Positions 17,923 to 27,427 of a stretch of DNA of 64,000 bases are shown here, piece by piece. The stretch spans positions 322,178 through 386,177 of the forward strand of contig JANRJQ010000007.1 of the NCBI GenBank assembly GCA_033763895.1, read 5' to 3'. A program made the translations under genes and the position numbers. The notes beneath the pieces are model-generated. The model ran no database searches. It was not told the origin of the DNA and was given only the letters and a program-made list of their open reading frames with translations. The DNA is from Chloroherpetonaceae bacterium. Lineage in GTDB: Bacteria; Bacteroidota; Chlorobiia; Chlorobiales; Thermochlorobacteraceae. How positions within the stretch are numbered: position 1 is the first letter of the stretch; each line of letters begins with the position of its first letter.

Positions 17923-18078
17923 GGCTAACACGGGTTTTGCGTCAGGCGGGCTGACGTGCAAACTTGGAGCATTGTGCTTCTATTGAACTTTAGTAATAAA
18001 TTGAAACTTTGTGCTCCGAACTGAAAGTCAGCGAAGCTAAACCCGCCCGAACGCAAAGCCGCTCCCCCATTGTGCGCC
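17923..18078 (+). repeat. attC-like imperfect palindrome 2
   Basis: GGCTAAC-ACGGGTTTTGCGTCAGGCGGGCTGAC pairs with GTCAG..CCCGCCCGAACGCAAAGCCGCT-ccccca-TTGTGCGCC. Its left box GGCTAAC is complementary to the cassette start TTAGCC at 16592. Confidence 0.65.
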
Positions 18079-18395
18079 TTTTAACTGTAAATCATCGAGA
18101 CAACAATTAGCCAAAACCTAACCAAATAAAGCTTTCAAATCGATATATTTTGCTTATTTACACAAATTATCTTAACATAAGTAGTTTACAACCTTCTTAT
18201 ATTTACTTTTCTTGCATGAATAGATGATTTTATGAGCAGAATTGGCCTTATTCCAACAGAATAAATCAAATTGCATTGATCAGGGTGAAAAGGAAACTTG
18301 ACACTTTGTGACTTGATTGAATATCACCGCTGTGAAACGAGGGCGAAGTCATAAAAAGTTAAAAGCTATTCATCTATTCTAATGATTTAATCCAT

Positions 18396-18863
18396 ATGAC
18401 CATTCAACAAAAAATAACCCCTTGCCTTTGGGTTGAAAAAGATGCAAGAGAAGTCGTCAATTATTATTTATCAATTTTTAAGGAAGGCAAACTCAAAGAT
18501 TATCGACAATTCACCAATCCACCGGAAATGGGGGGCGAGACTTTTGAAACGGCGGTAATGGAAATTGCAGGAATGGAATTGAGTATTTTAGCTGCAGGGC
18601 CACTATTTAAGTTTAACGAAGCCGTTTCGTTTGTCATTAATACCAAAGACCAAGCTGAAACCGATTATTATTGGGAAGCCATCACTTCAAATGGCGGCGA
18701 AGAAGGGGTATGCGGTTGGTGTAAAGATAAATATGGACTCTCGTGGCAAATTGTTCCCGTAGAATACTTCTCTCTTATTCATAATGATGACCCCAAAGTC
18801 AGAGAAAAAGCCTTAATGAATACTTTTAAGATGAAAAAGCTTATTCTATCGGAGCTAAAATGA
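18396..18863 (+). CDS. VOC-superfamily protein of the PhnB/YjdN type (3-demethylubiquinone-9 3-methyltransferase-like domain)
   Basis: 155 aa. ITPCLWVEKDAREVVNYYLSIF...GWCKDKYGLSWQIVP is characteristic of this family. Confidence 0.7.
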   Translation: MTIQQKITPCLWVEKDAREVVNYYLSIFKEGKLKDYRQFTNPPEMGGETFETAVMEIAGMELSILAAGPLFKFNEAVSFVINTKDQAETDYYWEAITSNGGEEGVCGWCKDKYGLSWQIVPVEYFSLIHNDDPKVREKALMNTFKMKKLILSELK

Positions 18864-18951
18864 TCTTAATTTGGTAATTCTTATCCAAGATGAAACTTTA
18901 AAAAAAAGATAGAGGCATTTTAAGTAAAATAGAATTTAACTATCACTATTT

Positions 18952-19308
18952 ATGAAAAAGAACCTCTATAAAATATTTTTTTACATCATACTTACCTTTG
19001 TTTTTAGTTGCGATGGTAGTGTAGAACCTCTTGAACCGATTCCAGAATGGCTTGATGTTTAAATTTCGGAATTCAAAGCACAAAATGTTACAAACCCTCC
19101 ACGAGTTGTTTTTCGGTATAAATTCAAAGGGAATATCGTTTATTATATTCCACCGATTTGTTGCGATGAGTTCAGCATGTTGTATTCTGAAGATGGAAAA
19201 TTAATATGTGCTCCTGATGGGGGTATTGGCGGATTTGGCGATGGAAAATGCTCAGACTTTTTTCAGACGGCATCTGATTGTACTAAGATATGGCGTGATA
19301 ATAGATAA
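18952..19308 (+). pseudogene. Small Cys-rich lipoprotein gene interrupted by an in-frame TAA
   Basis: Not in the ORF track. MKKNLYKIFFYIILTFVFSC (lipobox) ...PEWLDV, then TAA at 19060-19062, then the same frame continues ISEFKAQNVTNPPRVVFRYKFKGNIVYYIPPICCDEFSMLYSEDGKLICAPDGGIGGFGDGKCSDFF... to a stop at 19306-19308. Confidence 0.55.
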
Positions 19309-19379
19309 CTAAATCAGTGACTTTACCCTTTCATCATCATCCAATCTAAAATAGAAAATTAAATTTGCGAATAGATCTC

Positions 19380-21662
19380 TCAGCTTTCAATCATTTTATC
19401 AAGGTTCGAAAGTATTTCCGAAATAACATAAGGTTTTTCAATGAAAGCGGTTGCACCTTCCATTTCTTTTGTAAACTCTCGAATTCCAAGGCTGCCACTT
19501 GCAATGATAATGGGAAGCTTGGGGTTAATTCGCCGAAACTGTTGGATTAAATCTCTCCCACTTAATTTGGGTAAATCAGAATCGGTTATGACAAGGTCGA
19601 TTTTATCTTTGTGTAACTTAAAAAGATTGGAGGCTTCTAAGCCATCGAAGGCCTTAAAGACGGCATATCCTTCATGTTCCAAAAAGTCGGAGAGCATGTT
19701 ATTGATTTCTATTTCATCTTCAACGAGCAATAAAACACCCTTTTTGATTTCTGTTTCAAGTTCTTTGGTAAAATTAGCTTTCGCAAGAAGCGGGAAATAA
19801 AGTGAAAAAACAGTTCCTTTCCCTACCTGAGATTGAACATCGATAAACCCTTTATGCGCTTTCACCACACCGTGAACAATGGAAAGGCCAAGACCTGTCC
19901 CTTTCCCTTTTTGCTTCGTGGTAAAAAAGGGTTCAAACATTCGCGCTCGAACATCTTCAGAAATTCCGGTTCCGGTATCCGTGATTCGAATCTCGATAAA
20001 TCCATTTTGCGACTTTGCCTCTGGGAAGTGCTTTTGAACAATGGCTTCGTCTCTTACAAAACTTTGAATTCTCATCATTCCGCCATTAGGCATTGCGTCA
20101 CGAGCGTTAACAGCAAGGTTGAGTAAGATTTGGCATAAATTGGTATGATTCCCACTGATATAAAGATCGCTTGATGCCTGCTGAAACTCCAGATCAATGT
20201 TTCGTGGCATTGAAGCGCGCAACATCACATTCACTTGTTTGAAAACTTCAGTAATTGCAATCGGTATTAGTTCTAACGATTCAGAGCGAGAGAAAAGCGA
20301 GAGCTGCTGAACCACTTCTTTTCCTCTTTCGGTAGCGGTGCGAATTATTTCCACCGAATGTAACATTGCCTCAATCGTTTTTTTCATCTTCATTCGCTCA
20401 GAAGCGAGTGTAATGATGCTGAGGATGTTGTTAAAATCGTGGGCGATACCCGAAGAAAGGGTTCCTAAGGCCTCCATTTTTTGTGATTGAAGCCGTTCAA
20501 GTTGGCGCTTTTCTTCTTCAATCTTTTTTTGTTCTGTCACTTCAAGTGAAGTTCCAATAATGCGATAGGCTTGACCATTCTCATCGAAAAGAGGTGCAAG
20601 CTGAGTCATCCAATAGGTTTGCCGACCATTCATGATCATGCTTTCTTCATAAGCGATTCGCTCGCGCTTTTCAATTGCTTTTCGATAATTTTCCTTGATT
20701 TTTACGATTGCTTCGGGTGAGAATATTTTTGCCAATTCGTCTAAAAGCTTGCCTTCCAGAAGAACTGCGTTTAGATGAGCCATTCTTTCGTAGGCGGGGT
20801 TTACTTCACGAACACGATACTGATCTATCCCTAAAACATCAATAACAAAAATGGCAATTTCGGCGCCATAGTAAATGCTTTTCAAAAACGCCTCGCGCTC
20901 TTTGAGATGCAGCTCACCTTGTCTCTGGGCTACAAGGCTTCGACCTTCAGGGATGATGAACTCAACCTTACCTTCGTCATCAAATAATGGCTTGAGTGAA
21001 AAATCGATGAGATGCGGCTTTCCTTTTGCTTGAACTTCAACCTCAAATCGAACATCGCTACCGTTTGCAGCTTGGTGTATACCTTGCTTTAACTTGTCTT
21101 GCGCGTCTTTCGAAATCTGCCACCAATAACAATCCCAAAAATACTTTCCAATAACTTCAGTTGGCGGAATTCCACCAAAGGTTAATGCTGCTTTATTGGC
21201 TTCGAGCAAAATGCCATCGGGCGAAAGCAAGCCAATCATGTGGAACATATTATCAACAATAATCTGATGCCGCTTTTCTGCAGAACGAAGTTTTTTTTCA
21301 GTGAATTTGTTAAGCGAAATATCGCGCACCATAACAAAAAATTTCTCTTGAACCTGATCATACTTAGCGGCCCATTGAAACCAACGGTAATTTCCATCGA
21401 AATCGCGATATCGGTTTTCAAATGCAGATAACGGCTTTCCCTCAATTAGATCTTCGGCAGCGGTGAGTGTTGGTGCAATGTCTTCGGGATGAAGAAACTC
21501 GGAGAAGTGCTTTCCGAGAATAGTGTTGCGTTGGTAACCCATTTGACTAACCCAAGCGTCGCTCACTTCAATAAAATGACCATCTTTTGAAAGTACTCCA
21601 AGCAGCAACTGAGAGCTGTTCGCAAGTTCAAAAAGTGTTTCGGTGGAAATAAGTGTTTGCAT
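19380..21662 (-). CDS. Hybrid sensor histidine kinase (multiple PAS domains + HisKA/HATPase + receiver)
   Basis: 760 aa. H-box GIAHDFNNILSII, N-box LNLAVNARDAM, G-boxes DTGTGI and GTGLGLS, and a C-terminal receiver LLLVEDE...DLVITDSDLP. Confidence 0.9.
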   Translation of the reverse strand: MQTLISTETLFELANSSQLLLGVLSKDGHFIEVSDAWVSQMGYQRNTILGKHFSEFLHPEDIAPTLTAAEDLIEGKPLSAFENRYRDFDGNYRWFQWAAKYDQVQEKFFVMVRDISLNKFTEKKLRSAEKRHQIIVDNMFHMIGLLSPDGILLEANKAALTFGGIPPTEVIGKYFWDCYWWQISKDAQDKLKQGIHQAANGSDVRFEVEVQAKGKPHLIDFSLKPLFDDEGKVEFIIPEGRSLVAQRQGELHLKEREAFLKSIYYGAEIAIFVIDVLGIDQYRVREVNPAYERMAHLNAVLLEGKLLDELAKIFSPEAIVKIKENYRKAIEKRERIAYEESMIMNGRQTYWMTQLAPLFDENGQAYRIIGTSLEVTEQKKIEEEKRQLERLQSQKMEALGTLSSGIAHDFNNILSIITLASERMKMKKTIEAMLHSVEIIRTATERGKEVVQQLSLFSRSESLELIPIAITEVFKQVNVMLRASMPRNIDLEFQQASSDLYISGNHTNLCQILLNLAVNARDAMPNGGMMRIQSFVRDEAIVQKHFPEAKSQNGFIEIRITDTGTGISEDVRARMFEPFFTTKQKGKGTGLGLSIVHGVVKAHKGFIDVQSQVGKGTVFSLYFPLLAKANFTKELETEIKKGVLLLVEDEIEINNMLSDFLEHEGYAVFKAFDGLEASNLFKLHKDKIDLVITDSDLPKLSGRDLIQQFRRINPKLPIIIASGSLGIREFTKEMEGATAFIEKPYVISEILSNLDKMIES

Positions 21663-22211
21663 AGCAGTATTTTGGTGACGAGAGAATTTTAAACTAACTA
21701 CTTAAAAATAAAGTAAAATTTCAATCGATTCTAATAATCGAATTTCATTTGGTGTTGGAAATCACACCATTTCAAACTCCGAATTGCCTCCTTAAAGCAC
21801 CGAACAAACCTTCGAATCAATAGAGTTCAAAATGACGAAGATGAATTTTTCTTCAATTTATTTTCGGATAAGGTTCAACTTTTTTTGCGTAAGTCACTAA
21901 ACTCGGTGAATAAGAATAATTACATTTACATAACCGCCATCTATCATTTATGGGTCGATTCAAGATAGAGAATTGCGGTCGATTCGACTCAAGGGGTTCG
22001 AGTCCCCGTTCGCGTCTGGTTGCAAATGCCGGAAACGGCATTCGGCTAACAAGCCACAAGAAAAGGGGAGGAATGATTCAGAAATGAATAAATTAAAGTA
22101 AAGTTTGCAAGCGCAAGGATACCGTTTGAATATTTTTCAAACTTATTTGTACTTCCCTTTCCTTCAATATCTTTCCCTTTTTTGATTTTATAAAACCTAT
22201 GCCCTTTTATC

Positions 22212-22931
22212 ATGTTTAGAAAAAAGTATCAAGTCAAACCCAATACAGTCGGTTATTTATACCGCGATAATGTTTTTGTTGCAACTTTATCTCCGGGGAT
22301 TTATAAATTTTGGGATTTCAGAAATCGAACCGAGCTTTTTATACTTCCTGAGCCTTCTCGGTTATTATCGATTGTCAATCAAGAAGTATTGACAAAGGAT
22401 AACATTGCACTTCGATTTTCATTTTATGTCGTTTACCGAATCGTAGATGGCGTTTTATTCCTTAAAAAATTTACTTTGGATCGGCCTATTAACGCCATAA
22501 TTTCAGAAGCGGAGCAACGATTATTGCACGGTGCTCAAATTCATGTCCGAAAGAAAATCTCATAAATCGAAAGTGAAGATTTAAATGAAAAGCGTTCCGA
22601 ATTTGCTGACCTTCACACACCTGATTTTGAAAAATAGATGTCTGAGATTGGAATTATGATCGAGCAAATTCAAATTCGTGATATAACCTTTCCCAAAACA
22701 ATTCAAGATTTATTTGCAAAACACTTGGAGGCAAAAATCAAAGCAAAATCGGAGCTTGAAAATGCAAGAACAGCCGTAGCAGCTGCAAGAGCTTTGAAAA
22801 ATGCTTCCGAATTAATGAAGGATGATGAGAACATAAGATTTTTTCAGATGATTGAAACACTCAATAAAATTGCGGAAAAAGGAAAGCACACCTTTATGAT
22901 TGGGGATTTTCAACAATTCATGAAAAAATGA
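22212..22931 (+). pseudogene. SPFH/band-7 (stomatin/HflC-like) gene broken by two in-frame stops
   Basis: ORFs 22212..22565 and 22638..22931 are in the same frame. Reading through TAA (22563-22565) and TAG (22635-22637) gives ...HVRKKIS*IESEDLNEKRSEFADLHTPDFEK*MSEIGIMIEQIQIRDITFPKTIQDLFAK..., a continuous SPFH-like sequence. Confidence 0.65.
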
Positions 22932-22937
22932 AGAATA

Positions 22938-22966
22938 GAAAAAGCGGGGTACTTCCCCGCTTTTTT
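22938..22966. terminator. Bidirectional intrinsic terminator between the SPFH pseudogene and fbaB
   Basis: A-run, GCGGGG (22944-22949), tactt, CCCCGC (22955-22960), then TTTTTT. Confidence 0.7.
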
Positions 22967-22986
22967 CATTTATAACCAATTGTGAA

Positions 22987-24078
22987 TTATGCAATCGTCA
23001 CGTTCTTATCGAGATATACATCTTGAATCGCGTTTAAGATTCCGACGCCTTCGTTCATTGGGCGTTGGAAGGCCTTTCTGCCCGAAATCAAACCCATTCC
23101 GCCGGCACGCTTATTGATAACGGCTGTGCGAACGGCATCTTGAAGATCATTTTCACCGGAAGCGCCGCCGGAGTTAATCAAACCAGCTCGGCCCATATAG
23201 CAATTGAGCACTTGATAGCGGCAAAGGTCAATCGGGTGATCGGTCACGAGATCGGTGTACATACGGTTATCAGATTTTCCGTATGGATTTTCCTTTGAAT
23301 TCAAGGCCTTGTAACCGCCATTATTTTCAGGCAGCTTTTGCTTTATGATATCGGCTTCGATGGTTACGCCCAAGTGATTGGCTTGTGAGCTTAAATCGGC
23401 TGAAACATGATAGTCGGTACCATTGATTTTGAAGCCTGAGTTTCGGAGGTAGCACCAAAGGATGGTTGCCATTCCTAGGTCATGCGCTTGCTTGAAGGCT
23501 TGCGCGACTTCAACGATTTGACGGCCCGATTCAGGTGAGCCGAAATAAATTGTAGCACCAACCGCCGCACAGCCCATATCATGTGCTTGCTTTAAGTTTC
23601 CGAACATAATTTGGTCGAACTTATTCGGATATGTGAGAAATTCATTGTGATTGATTTTGACAATGAATGGAATTTTGTGCGCATACTTGCGCGCCACACT
23701 CCCTAAAACGCCAAAGGTTGAAGCTACCGCGTTACATCCGCCTTCAATCGCAAGCTTGATAATATTTTCACCATCAAAGTACAATGGATTTTTAGCGAAC
23801 GATGCACCGGCAGAGTGTTCAATGCCTTGGTCAACGGGTAGAATCGAAAGATAACCGGTGTTGGCTAAACGGCCTGTACCGAAAAGGGTTTGGAGATTTC
23901 TTAAAACATTAATTGAGCGATCGGAGTGGCTCCAAATGCGATCAACAAAATCCGGACCCGGAAGATGAAGATGAGCCTTATCGACTTTAGCTTTATGTTC
24001 AAGAAGTGCCGAAGCATCCTTCCCTAAAACTTCAGCGACATCAATGGTTAATGACGATTCTACGACTGCGGTACTCAT
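22987..24078 (-). CDS. fbaB: Class I fructose-bisphosphate aldolase (FbaB/DhnA type)
   Basis: 363 aa. Collinear with E. coli FbaB as I recall it, including [44 protein letters not shown] and [20 protein letters not shown]. Confidence 0.9.
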   Translation of the reverse strand: MSTAVVESSLTIDVAEVLGKDASALLEHKAKVDKAHLHLPGPDFVDRIWSHSDRSINVLRNLQTLFGTGRLANTGYLSILPVDQGIEHSAGASFAKNPLYFDGENIIKLAIEGGCNAVASTFGVLGSVARKYAHKIPFIVKINHNEFLTYPNKFDQIMFGNLKQAHDMGCAAVGATIYFGSPESGRQIVEVAQAFKQAHDLGMATILWCYLRNSGFKINGTDYHVSADLSSQANHLGVTIEADIIKQKLPENNGGYKALNSKENPYGKSDNRMYTDLVTDHPIDLCRYQVLNCYMGRAGLINSGGASGENDLQDAVRTAVINKRAGGMGLISGRKAFQRPMNEGVGILNAIQDVYLDKNVTIA

Positions 24079-24407
24079 AGTATTTTCTTACAGATGGTTG
24101 AAAAAATAAGCGATCTTAATTGATTCCTTTTGGGCATATCGCCAAAAAACGGTGAAATATGCACCTGCTAAAAGTTCCCAAAAATACGCATTTCAATCTG
24201 AAATGAATTGATTTCTTTTGATTCTTTTCTATGAACCCATCATTCCCTTTTCTTGCTTGCTGAATCATAATTCTTCAAATGAGATTCGTTCGTGCGTTTC
24301 GTGTAGGCCGCGTTTTTTTTCGTAACAGAACTCCGTTAAAACATTCGACAAGTATCACGATGTTATTCGATTTTAGTTTGTAATTTCCGCCACTTGCTAA
24401 ATACTCG

Positions 24408-26561
24408 ATGAATCAATTCAAACACACACATCTTAGACGGCAACTTGAGCGTTTCAATCTTACGCTGGAGTCGCTTTCTCCAAATTTGATTGAATTCTTA
24501 AATGAAGTTGATCAAACATACACCGACTATGATGACGAGCGGCAGCGAAGTGAACACTCGATGGCATTGAGTTCAAAAGAATTGATGCAAGCCAATGAAG
24601 AACTTCGAGCTGTTTTTCAAGTGATTCCTGATATTTTTTTGCGGATAGATTCTGAAGGCATCATACTCGATTGCCGCGGTGGCGATCGTATTGATTTTCC
24701 GAAATATGAAACCCTGCCCAATGTTGTTCAAGCGCCAAATGATGATTCCATTCGAATAAATCTTGTTGGTCGAAAGATTCAAGATGGGCCTGACGACAAT
24801 GTCTCTCTTCTTTTTGAACATGCGGTAAACCAAGTCGCCAAGAAACGTGCGTTACTGACAATTGAATACTCGCTTAATACTTCCGATGGCAAGCGATTTT
24901 ATGAGGCACGGTTTTTCCCCTCCGGTAAAGATGAATCAATCGTAAGTATTCGAAATATTACGGGAAGAAAATCAGCTGAGATGGAAATTCTCAAACAAAA
25001 AACTTTCTTCAGTCAAGTTATCGATCTCAATCCAAATTTCATTTATGCCAAAGATCGAGACGGACGGTTTACGCTTGCAAATCGCGCAATTGCAGATGCC
25101 TATGGCACCACACCTGAAAATATGATTGGGAAAATGGATTCTGATTTTGGCGTTTCTCGAGGTGAAAATTATCTCAATGATATTCGAGATGTTTTTGATC
25201 ATCAGCAAACAAAATCAAGCCCAGAAGAGCAATTTACAGATTCCAACGGGATGCATCGATTTCTTCAATCATTTAAACGGCCACTCATTTCAAGTGATGG
25301 CAAAGTCATGCAGATGCTTGTGGTATCAAATGATATTACATTTCGCAAGATTGCTGAAGAAGAAAACGAATTGCTTTCAAAGCAATTGCTTCAGTCCCAA
25401 AAGCTTCAAGCTATTGGGACTCTCGCCGGCGGAGTGGCACATGACTTTAATAACTTGCTAAGTTCAATTACAGGCTTTAGTTCGCTCATGCGCTTTACAC
25501 TCACACACGATTCCCTTACACCGGCAGCAATCGAAGAGCTTTCAAGCTATCTTGATTTGATTGATCAAGCGGCGATGCGTGGCGCAAAAATGATCAAGCA
25601 AATTCTTGGCTTCTCGCGTCAAGGAAAGATTAATGTAAAAACCACTGAAACAATTGGTCTAATTCAAGAAGTTATCAAGCTCATCCAACACACAATCGAC
25701 CGACGAATAAAAATTGAAACTGATTTCACCCCGGAGTATTCAATTATTGATGCCGATGAAAGTCAGATTGTTCAAGTGCTCATGAATCTCTCTGTGAATG
25801 CTGTCGACGCAATGATGGAAAACCTTCCAGAGAAGCATGAAGGAAAACTAAAGTATCGTGTCGATGTGGTTGATAATGAAACAATTCCTCCCGCTCTGCC
25901 GAGAAAGAACAGAGCAAAGCGATATGTCCGGGTTTCAATTTCTGATACAGGAATCGGAATTCAAGAAGAATTGAAATCACGTGTTTTTGAACCCTTTTTT
26001 ACAACAAAACCGCCGGATAAGGGCTCAGGCTTAGGTTTAGCAATGAGTTATGGTATTGTAAAAAATCATAACGGCTTCATTTGGCTTGAGTCAAAAGTCA
26101 ATGAAGGCACAGAATTCTCATTATTTTTTCCGCAATCTGAAAATATTAACGCAGTGGATTTACAAATACACCCAAACCCTTTACCACAAATAGGGAAAGG
26201 TCGGATATTGGTTGTTGATGATGAACCGGCATTACGACTTCTTTTAACTCGAGGGCTCGGCAAATTAGGTTATCAAGTAATCTCGGCATCAAACGGTCAG
26301 GAAGGTGTCTTGATGTATAATGACCACGCTTCTGAAATCGACGCCATTATTTTGGATATGAATATGCCCATCATGAATGGAATGGATGCTTATAAAGCAA
26401 TTCGCTCCATTAAATCGGATATGAAAATCCTATTTGTGACAGGGCATTTAAGTGATGCGAATGCAGAGATATTGAAGGACGAATTGAATACGGTCATTAC
26501 CACCAAACCTTATGCAATCGGAGATATTTCCTCGCTTTTAGAAAAACTTTTGCAGATGTAG
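24408..26561 (+). CDS. Hybrid sensor histidine kinase (PAS + HisKA/HATPase + receiver)
   Basis: 717 aa. H-box GVAHDFNNLLSSI, N-box NLSVNAVDAM, G-boxes DTGIGI and GSGLGLA, and a receiver ILVVDDEPALR...DAIILDMNMP. Confidence 0.9.
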   Translation: MNQFKHTHLRRQLERFNLTLESLSPNLIEFLNEVDQTYTDYDDERQRSEHSMALSSKELMQANEELRAVFQVIPDIFLRIDSEGIILDCRGGDRIDFPKYETLPNVVQAPNDDSIRINLVGRKIQDGPDDNVSLLFEHAVNQVAKKRALLTIEYSLNTSDGKRFYEARFFPSGKDESIVSIRNITGRKSAEMEILKQKTFFSQVIDLNPNFIYAKDRDGRFTLANRAIADAYGTTPENMIGKMDSDFGVSRGENYLNDIRDVFDHQQTKSSPEEQFTDSNGMHRFLQSFKRPLISSDGKVMQMLVVSNDITFRKIAEEENELLSKQLLQSQKLQAIGTLAGGVAHDFNNLLSSITGFSSLMRFTLTHDSLTPAAIEELSSYLDLIDQAAMRGAKMIKQILGFSRQGKINVKTTETIGLIQEVIKLIQHTIDRRIKIETDFTPEYSIIDADESQIVQVLMNLSVNAVDAMMENLPEKHEGKLKYRVDVVDNETIPPALPRKNRAKRYVRVSISDTGIGIQEELKSRVFEPFFTTKPPDKGSGLGLAMSYGIVKNHNGFIWLESKVNEGTEFSLFFPQSENINAVDLQIHPNPLPQIGKGRILVVDDEPALRLLLTRGLGKLGYQVISASNGQEGVLMYNDHASEIDAIILDMNMPIMNGMDAYKAIRSIKSDMKILFVTGHLSDANAEILKDELNTVITTKPYAIGDISSLLEKLLQM

Positions 26562-26619
26562 GCAGAGTCACAACACTTTTTGCATGTTGCAACCCACCTC
26601 TGAATTATCAAATAATCAC

Positions 26620-27339
26620 TTATAATTGATGGCTTTCGGGTTGAAGAACCAATTCTCCCAACACGAGATTAGGCGGTGTAAGCGCAGTGATTAGCACCAT
26701 TTCAGCCGCTTGATGAACGGAGAGCATTTTATCGCGTTGAACTCGCATTGTGATATTATTCCAAAACCCGGTATTCACTCCGCCGAAATGCAAGAGTGAG
26801 AGTCGAACGCCATCGCGCATTAAATCTTGCGTCATCGCTTTGGTTAAACCGGTAACCCCATACTTTGAAGCCGAGTAGCCGGAAGACATTCTCATCACCG
26901 ATTTTCCTAAGATTCCGGGCAGGTTAATGATGTGACCACTTTTTTGCTTCATCATTGCTTCTGTCGCAAATTTCGAGGCATAAAAAGTCCCTTTCAAATT
27001 CACATCTATCATTTCATCAAATTCTTCAACCGAAAGTTCTTGTATTGACTTTAAATGACCAACGCCAGCAGCATTTAAGAGAATATCAATTTTGCCAAAC
27101 ATCCCGAGAGCATTTCCAAAAGCCTTTCTTACATCCGCAGCATTCCGAACATCAGCTACTTCAATGAGGGTTTCTGTATCATAACTGCTGTATAGTTCGT
27201 GAGCCAACGCATCGAGGTCGCTTTTTGTACGGCTCATTAATACAAGCTTTGCGCCTTCTTTTGCAAAGAGTCTTGCGGATTCCGCCCCGATTCCTCGTCC
27301 GCCTCCGGTGATAAAAATCACCTTATCAATCATTCTCAT
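26620..27339 (-). CDS. Short-chain dehydrogenase/reductase (SDR)
   Basis: 239 aa. Cofactor motif TGGGRGIG and catalytic YSASK. Confidence 0.85.
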   Translation of the reverse strand: MRMIDKVIFITGGGRGIGAESARLFAKEGAKLVLMSRTKSDLDALAHELYSSYDTETLIEVADVRNAADVRKAFGNALGMFGKIDILLNAAGVGHLKSIQELSVEEFDEMIDVNLKGTFYASKFATEAMMKQKSGHIINLPGILGKSVMRMSSGYSASKYGVTGLTKAMTQDLMRDGVRLSLLHFGGVNTGFWNNITMRVQRDKMLSVHQAAEMVLITALTPPNLVLGELVLQPESHQL

Positions 27340-27427
27340 TCTTTTTACCTCTTTTAATTCTATTCTAAGAACTTCGCCACAGACGATTCAAAAAATATCG
27401 TTTTGTGTTTTCCTTAAAATTAATTCA

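Larger units (their letters stand above)
13515..18078 (+). mobile_element. Integron-like cassette array 1 (leader plus two cassettes ending in palindromes); no integrase in the window
   Basis: Leader 13515-13647, cassette 1 (13640-16591, R-M pair) and cassette 2 (16592-18069). The cassette 5' ends TTGTGTGC and TTAGCC are complementary to their own downstream boxes GCACACAA(C) and GGCTAA(C). Confidence 0.6.

Noticed and set aside
21993-22015. Possible tRNA gene (GGGGTTCGAGTCCCC T-arm)
   Set aside because: No acceptor-stem partner, D-arm or anticodon arm can be built from the upstream sequence, so it is at best a fragment. It is kept only as a low-interest finding.
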